Origin: an uncultured Acidaminobacter sp.
Lineage (GTDB): Bacteria; Bacillota; Clostridia; Peptostreptococcales; Acidaminobacteraceae
Direction: 5' to 3'
Assembly (NCBI GenBank): GCA_963678925.1
Contig: OY787533.1
Coordinates: 994,174 to 1,058,173 of the forward strand
DNA: 64,000 nucleotides
Program-made: the position numbers and the translations under genes
The notes under the pieces: model-generated
What the model saw: only the letters and a program-made list of their open reading frames with translations
The model's database searches: none
Told to the model about the DNA's origin: nothing
Part shown: piece after piece, positions 59,358 to 64,000 of the stretch
Numbering within the stretch: position 1 is the stretch's first letter
How the letters are laid out: each line of letters opens with the position of its first letter

Positions 59358-59717
59358 TTGAACCTCTCCCTTTATGTGGTTTAATCATTTGGAAATCTGA
59401 CTCTCAGATTTCGTTATCTAATTGCCCTTCTGAGGGCTAAAAACGATGTGACTTTCAAAGCCAAATGCAAGTCAGCAATCGTTTTCCTGCAATATTTTTA
59501 AAAAATGGCTCCGCTTTTAACGTAATTTATAGCCATTCCACCTCGAATTGCCTTATTTTTGAAATGTTCACTTTCGAAAATTGCAAATCATGTAATATTT
59601 ATAAGTTTTTATGTATAAATTTGCATTCGTGTATTCATATACATCTCAAATTTCATGTCCAACACGAGCTTCAAATGGAGTATAACATATGATTTTTCGT
59701 TTGTAAACAGTCTTACA

Positions 59718-60530
59718 TTATTTTAAAAATAAATTTTTTACAACAACATTTACGCGCTTTACATTAAATCCGGTCATATGCTCAACAGCTGATTTTACCT
59801 TAGTTTGAACCTCATATCCAACTTCAGTCAATTTGCATCCAAGCACAAAAACACCTTCAACATCCAGGAAAATTTCATCGTTAATTTTCTGAATTTTGAA
59901 TTTACTCATTTTGTGGAAGCCTTCAATGTTTTTAGTTGCACGGCTTGCAATCTGCATAATTGTCTTATTAGACACTGTATAATTACCCATATATGAGAAA
60001 GTCGGACGCATAACTGTCTTCTCTCCGATTTCAACATCCTTGTCACGTCTTCTTACGAAGGCCTTGACCGCATCCAAAAAATAGCCTGAGAAGTCTTTTT
60101 TTATCTCCAGTGTAGGCAATGGAATAACGTGTTTTCCATAGCGCATACGCTGATATTTTGCCTCATCTATTTCTTCCTGCGTTGCTATATCTTCAATATG
60201 AATAATCTCCTTAATTTCAGGTAGCCCCAGCGACGCTGCAATCTGCTTCACCATCCTGTCAGAAGTACCAAGGAGCAGCACCTTCTTAGGGCTAAATTCA
60301 TTTAGCGCTTCAACGGCTTCGTTTCTGTGATCTTCATGGAAAAACAGCGCACGCTTGACCGCTGAAATCTTCGTCTGTTCCTTCTTTGCAGAACGTCCTG
60401 CAAGCTTTCGCGTTCCATTTATCAAAACACCATCATCGACGACCAAATCAATATTCTTTTCATGGGCAACACCCATTGCTCGATAGCTTTTTCCGGTACC
60501 GGCTTTGCCGACAAGTGCATATACTTCCAT
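59718..60530 (-). CDS. P-loop NTPase fused to an Asp23/Gls24-like C-terminal domain
   Basis: 270 aa. Walker A at residues 8-15 (GKAGTGKS). The C-terminal ~110 aa (VSNKTIMQIASRATKNIEGF...VFVLGCKL.EVGYEVQTKVKSAVEHMTGFNVKRVNVVVKNL) follows the Asp23-family pattern. Confidence 0.55.
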   Translation of the reverse strand: MEVYALVGKAGTGKSYRAMGVAHEKNIDLVVDDGVLINGTRKLAGRSAKKEQTKISAVKRALFFHEDHRNEAVEALNEFSPKKVLLLGTSDRMVKQIAASLGLPEIKEIIHIEDIATQEEIDEAKYQRMRYGKHVIPLPTLEIKKDFSGYFLDAVKAFVRRRDKDVEIGEKTVMRPTFSYMGNYTVSNKTIMQIASRATKNIEGFHKMSKFKIQKINDEIFLDVEGVFVLGCKLTEVGYEVQTKVKSAVEHMTGFNVKRVNVVVKNLFLK

Positions 60531-60751
60531 CTCTTTAAGTCTCCTAATATATCTTCACTGTCTAAATTGACACATCCATTATATCAATTTCCCGCCCAGG
60601 AACAAATAAACATTCTGTGAATCATGAGTAAAACTTTGACACCCAAAGCTACTGAAATTGCTCGGTTTGTGATAATAGTTTTCAATTAATTGTTTTTGTA
60701 TTGAAAATCATTATACATTAGCGTTTTTTTTCTAAATTTCCTTTGATTTAA

Positions 60752-60780
60752 TTGTTTCAAAAAAAATCATTGGGTATAAT
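60752..60780 (+). promoter_or_regulatory. Putative SigA promoter for the ferredoxin gene
   Basis: TTGTTT-17 nt-TATAAT, about 70 nt upstream of the start codon. Confidence 0.45.
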
Positions 60781-60848
60781 GCACTTGAGGTTACTCGTAA
60801 CCACGTTAACGAAGAAAGTACATATTTAAATCCTAGGAGGAAATTATC

Positions 60849-61019
60849 ATGGCATACGTAATTAACGATTCATGTATCTCTTGTGGCGCTTGCGAGCCTG
60901 AGTGCCCAGTTAGCTGTATCTCTGCTGGCGACAGCATCTACACAATCGACGCTGGTTCTTGCATCGACTGTGGCGCTTGCGCTAACGTTTGTCCAGTTGA
61001 CGCTCCACAACCAGAATAG
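60849..61019 (+). CDS. fdx: Clostridial-type 2x[4Fe-4S] ferredoxin (below the ORF-track length cutoff)
   Basis: Hand translation: MAYVINDSCISCGACEPECPVSCISAGDSIYTIDAGSCIDCGACANVCPVDAPQPE (56 aa). Two CxxCxxCxxxCP motifs. AGGAGG sits 8 nt upstream. Terminator follows. Confidence 0.93.
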   Translation: MAYVINDSCISCGACEPECPVSCISAGDSIYTIDAGSCIDCGACANVCPVDAPQPE

Positions 61020-61053
61020 TTTGGAGCCGGTCTAACCGGAACAGATCAAGACT

Positions 61054-61080
61054 AAAACACCAACATTTGTTGGTGTTTTT
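61054..61080 (+). terminator. Ferredoxin terminator
   Basis: AAAACACCAACA-TTT-GTTGGTGTTTT followed by T-rich sequence. Confidence 0.85.
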
Positions 61081-61107
61081 CTTTGCGAAAAAGACAAAGC
61101 CGAGCAT

Positions 61108-61167
61108 AAAAATAGTGGAAATCCATAAATTTGAGTTCACTCACATTTATGGATTTCCACTATTTTT
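61108..61167. repeat. 23-bp perfect inverted repeat (long hairpin)
   Basis: AAAAATAGTGGAAATCCATAAAT - 14 nt - ATTTATGGATTTCCACTATTTTT. Confidence 0.85.
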
Positions 61168-61180
61168 TATATTAGTCGTG

Positions 61181-61434
61181 ACTAACGACTTGAATGACAT
61201 GGTAATGTCATTCAGTGCTCGGTTTTATTCAATTGAACCAATGACTAGAATGACACGCCAATGTCATTCAGTGCCCACCTTTATTCAAACAAACTAACGA
61301 CTAGAATGGCACGCCAATGCCATTCAGCGCTCGGCTTTATTCTATCAAACTAACGACTTGAATCGCATGCAATGCCATTCAGTGCCCGCCTTTATTCAAT
61401 CGAACTAACGACCAGAACAGCACGCCAGTGCCCC
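61181..61434 (+). repeat. Tandem array of about 4.5 units of a ~56-bp hairpin-containing repeat
   Basis: Units start at 61181, 61237, 61293, 61349 and 61404 (hand-counted). Consensus: ACTAACGACTWGAATGRCACGCCAATGYCATTCAGTGCYCRSCTTTATTCAA. Each unit has a GAATGACA/TGTCATTC-type hairpin, and unit 3 carries a compensatory G/C change. Confidence 0.85.
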
Positions 61435-61505
61435 AATCCCCCGCAAACGAAAAAGACCCAGTCAACATCAAATGCCGACCAGGTCCTCAATATTTCAACT
61501 CAACA

Positions 61506-62810
61506 TTAGCAAATATCGCCTTTTACACGTGCATAGACCTTCTGAATGGACATGCCCTGTACAAGCGTTGAAAATGCAACGACTGCATAGGTGCTCGTCA
61601 CGATGAAGTAATACTCGCTGCCATGGAAATACTTTGATGTTCCAAGCGCCAGTGCGATACAAATCCCACCTTTAAGACCGCCCCAGGTAAGGAGCTTTGA
61701 CAGTGCAATCTGGTCCTTGCGTTTTCTCTCTTTTGTATAGTTCTCCACCTGCATTTTTGTATCTCTGCTGAAGAAGTATACAGGCCCTAAAATGGACACA
61801 AAACGGGCTATGAGCGCCATGAGAATTGCGGACACAAATATGATGATAAAACCGTTTGTCGAGTGCAGGAAGAGTACCGAGAAGCCAATGAGGATATAGA
61901 GAATCCCGTTCAGCATCTTATCGACAACCTTCCAGAACACATAGAAATTGGAGTAGTAGGTTTCGTTGTCTTCATGAATCCGATGCATATTGCTAGCAAA
62001 GAAGATGCCTACAACAACTGCAGCAGTAGGACCAGACACGCCAAAATACTCGCTGAGCGCATAAGATGTCGTTACAGCTGCCAGGCTTACTATGATTTCA
62101 AGGTGCTTCTGGTTGGTAGACTTGAAGACCATGAACAGTAAGAATGATACGCCAAGTCCCAGAATGACTGCACCGAAAATGCTGGTTGTTATCGTTTGGA
62201 AAAAGCTCACTGTCGGATCTACGCCAACTGCATTGCTTATCTCTGTGAAGGTTACAAAAAGCGCGACGGCAATCCCGTCATTGAAAAGTGATTCACCTTC
62301 CATGATGAGGGAGATGCGTTCAGGTAACCCTGCCTTTTTCAAGATGCTCATTGCAGAAATCGGGTCTGTCGGCGCAATGATGCTACCCAGAATACACGAC
62401 TCAATAAATGACATTTGAAGCCCAACAAAACGTGCTACAAAATAGGCCATGGTTGCATACAGAAGTGTCGCCACAAAAGTTGAAAAGAATGCAAGTGATG
62501 AAATCAAATACTTGTCATGGGTCAAATCGTGAAACTTGATTTTCGCCGAACCGCTGAATAAGAGAAAACAAATGAATCCGTTCATGATAATTTCGTTGAG
62601 ATCAAGTCCGTTGAAGGCTTCAGCAAAACTGACAAATGTCGTAATGCCAAACATCTCAAGAATCAAAATAATCATCGATATCAGAAATGCGGTTGTCATA
62701 AGACCAATTTCCACAGGCAGCTTCAGGACTTTCTCGTTGAAGAAACTGATGGAAATAAGTCCAATGAAAATCATAGACATCAGGCTAAGTAGATCATAAT
62801 TCAGTAACAT
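61506..62810 (-). CDS. CPA1-family cation:proton (Na+/H+) antiporter
   Basis: 434-aa polytopic protein. ESLFNDGIAVALF motif typical of NhaP/CPA1. Confidence 0.88.
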   Translation of the reverse strand: MLLNYDLLSLMSMIFIGLISISFFNEKVLKLPVEIGLMTTAFLISMIILILEMFGITTFVSFAEAFNGLDLNEIIMNGFICFLLFSGSAKIKFHDLTHDKYLISSLAFFSTFVATLLYATMAYFVARFVGLQMSFIESCILGSIIAPTDPISAMSILKKAGLPERISLIMEGESLFNDGIAVALFVTFTEISNAVGVDPTVSFFQTITTSIFGAVILGLGVSFLLFMVFKSTNQKHLEIIVSLAAVTTSYALSEYFGVSGPTAAVVVGIFFASNMHRIHEDNETYYSNFYVFWKVVDKMLNGILYILIGFSVLFLHSTNGFIIIFVSAILMALIARFVSILGPVYFFSRDTKMQVENYTKERKRKDQIALSKLLTWGGLKGGICIALALGTSKYFHGSEYYFIVTSTYAVVAFSTLVQGMSIQKVYARVKGDIC

Positions 62811-63123
62811 AATTCACACTCCCAATTTCATTTTGATGTGTTGCGGATATGTATGACTTGAATATCCCCATATACTGCTGTGTACAAAGACCAGCATTCA
62901 AGTCCGTACAGATTTCGCAGGTCCTATTTTGTTTTTTTGAACCCAGTTCCCCATTATATGCTTCTCTTTTAAAATTTCAATCCCTTTTTTCACAACTTCT
63001 TCATGAATACGTTTTCTAATCTCATACCCAACTTATGCCATTTGCACCAGATAACCTGCCCTAACCCCGCTTTTACACCACAAAAAAACTGCTCCAATCG
63101 ATCAATCCCAATCAGAACAGCTT

Positions 63124-63618
63124 TTATTCATTTTCATCGATATTGTATTTTCCAACCATGGTCTGGTTTATACGGCTCAGAAACTTCAGAACTGCCTTTT
63201 GCTCATTGATTGTCGAATTCTCCATGACAAATCCAACCAGGTCATTCTCCTGCTCCTGAAGCTTTTCAAACAAGGCACGACCCTCATCGGTCAGATTCAG
63301 AAGATATACCCTGCCATCATAAGGTGACCGCTGCTTTTCAATGTATCTGCCCTTTGACAGCTTGCTGATGCTTGTTGACACAATACCTCTATCCACATCG
63401 ATTTCATTGATCAGATCGTATATGGACATATCGTCCTTGAGTCCGACAAGTCTGAGCACCATGACATCGACAAAGCTGAACTTCTCGTTTCGTCCATTGA
63501 TCTTGAGCCCACGCCGATCCACTGACAGTAACTTGGTCAGCACACGCTCCATCATGATTTCTATTTCGTTATACAAATGTGCCAAGTCCATCACCGTCCT
63601 ACATTCTGTATTACACAC
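63124..63618 (-). CDS. MarR-family transcriptional regulator
   Basis: 164 aa. Winged-HTH region DLINEIDVDRGIVSTSISKLSKGRYIEKQRSPYDGRVYLLNLTDEGRAL. The start may be the internal MDLAHLY (63591). Confidence 0.85.
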   Translation of the reverse strand: MCNTECRTVMDLAHLYNEIEIMMERVLTKLLSVDRRGLKINGRNEKFSFVDVMVLRLVGLKDDMSIYDLINEIDVDRGIVSTSISKLSKGRYIEKQRSPYDGRVYLLNLTDEGRALFEKLQEQENDLVGFVMENSTINEQKAVLKFLSRINQTMVGKYNIDENE

Positions 63619-63923
63619 GATTCATTACTAATTGATAATCAATTTCGTTTATTATAGCACAGGCATAATTGTACGTAAAGTGGGCCTTTTTTGGCCGACT
63701 ATTCAGTCACCTTAAAAAGAGTTACATTTTTTTCCATTCACCTTATTCATTGAAATATGCGTGCTTGGCACCGATTTAAGACCTATTTTCCATAAAACCG
63801 CTAAATACCCATATTTAAAAACAAAATACCTGAAAACGTTATCAATACTGTATTTCGATTGCATTTCAGATTTAGAGGCGTATAATGGGTTTTGGCTTTA
63901 ATATAAGAGAAGAGGTGAAAACA

Positions 63924-64000
63924 GTGTTCAACAGAACCTTCTGGATGTGTTTGATTGCACTTATCGCACTTACTATGGCAAGCGGTCTGGCAAGTACAGA
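63924..64000 (+). CDS. 5' end of an ORF encoding a signal-peptide/TM-bearing protein (truncated by the window edge)
   Basis: GTG start 6 nt after AGAGGTGA. VFNRTFWMCLIALIALTMASGLAST. Confidence 0.3.
   Translation, partial: MFNRTFWMCLIALIALTMASGLAST

Noticed and set aside
61181-61434. The tandem repeat array read as a CRISPR locus.
   Set aside because: The entire ~56-bp unit is repeated head-to-tail with gradual degeneration. There are no unique spacers of constant length, and no cas genes lie nearby.

Overview
This is a Firmicute (Clostridia-like) chromosomal segment, judged from GGAGG ribosome-binding sites, a CIRCE operator, and guanine, TPP and cobalamin riboswitches. All calls come from reading the ORF track and the sequence by hand; no searches were run.

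- **1-5686:** one end of an integrated mobile element abutting the 3' end of guaA. It carries an XRE regulator, a complete IS256 copy with a 9-bp target duplication, a two-gene cargo module (UDG-superfamily-like protein plus PD-(D/E)XK-like nuclease) and a tyrosine integrase.
- **5687-22726:** housekeeping and signalling genes. These are guaA, guaB behind a guanine riboswitch, a GGDEF cyclase, an MCP, a TPP-riboswitch-controlled ThiXYZ-like ABC operon, groES-groEL with CIRCE, an ArsR/EAL-HDOD/HD-GYP operon and an Ogg glycosylase.
- **23590-43452 (most interesting region):** 19 co-directional minus-strand genes plus one divergent gene. They combine bacterial-microcompartment shell genes (three BMC-H, one BMC-P) with purine-catabolic functions. 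These are two adenine deaminase paralogs, a purine permease, a four-subunit xanthine-dehydrogenase-type molybdoenzyme, a UbiD/UbiX decarboxylase pair, an isochorismatase-like hydrolase, a cyclic amidohydrolase, a formiminotransferase, formate-THF ligase and a cyclase-family hydrolase. I read this as a candidate metabolosome for the classical clostridial purine fermentation route.
- **Immediately downstream of the cluster:** a stand-alone cobalamin riboswitch transcription unit with no downstream ORF.
- **43916-64000:** a FapA/GAF-like pair, transporters, an orphan sensor kinase, a PucR-family regulator, riboswitch-controlled cobT, gdhA, a ferredoxin missed by the ORF track, a cation antiporter and a MarR regulator.
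- **Noncoding repeats:** a multi-copy structured intergenic repeat family with compensatory stem changes, and a 56-bp tandem hairpin array.
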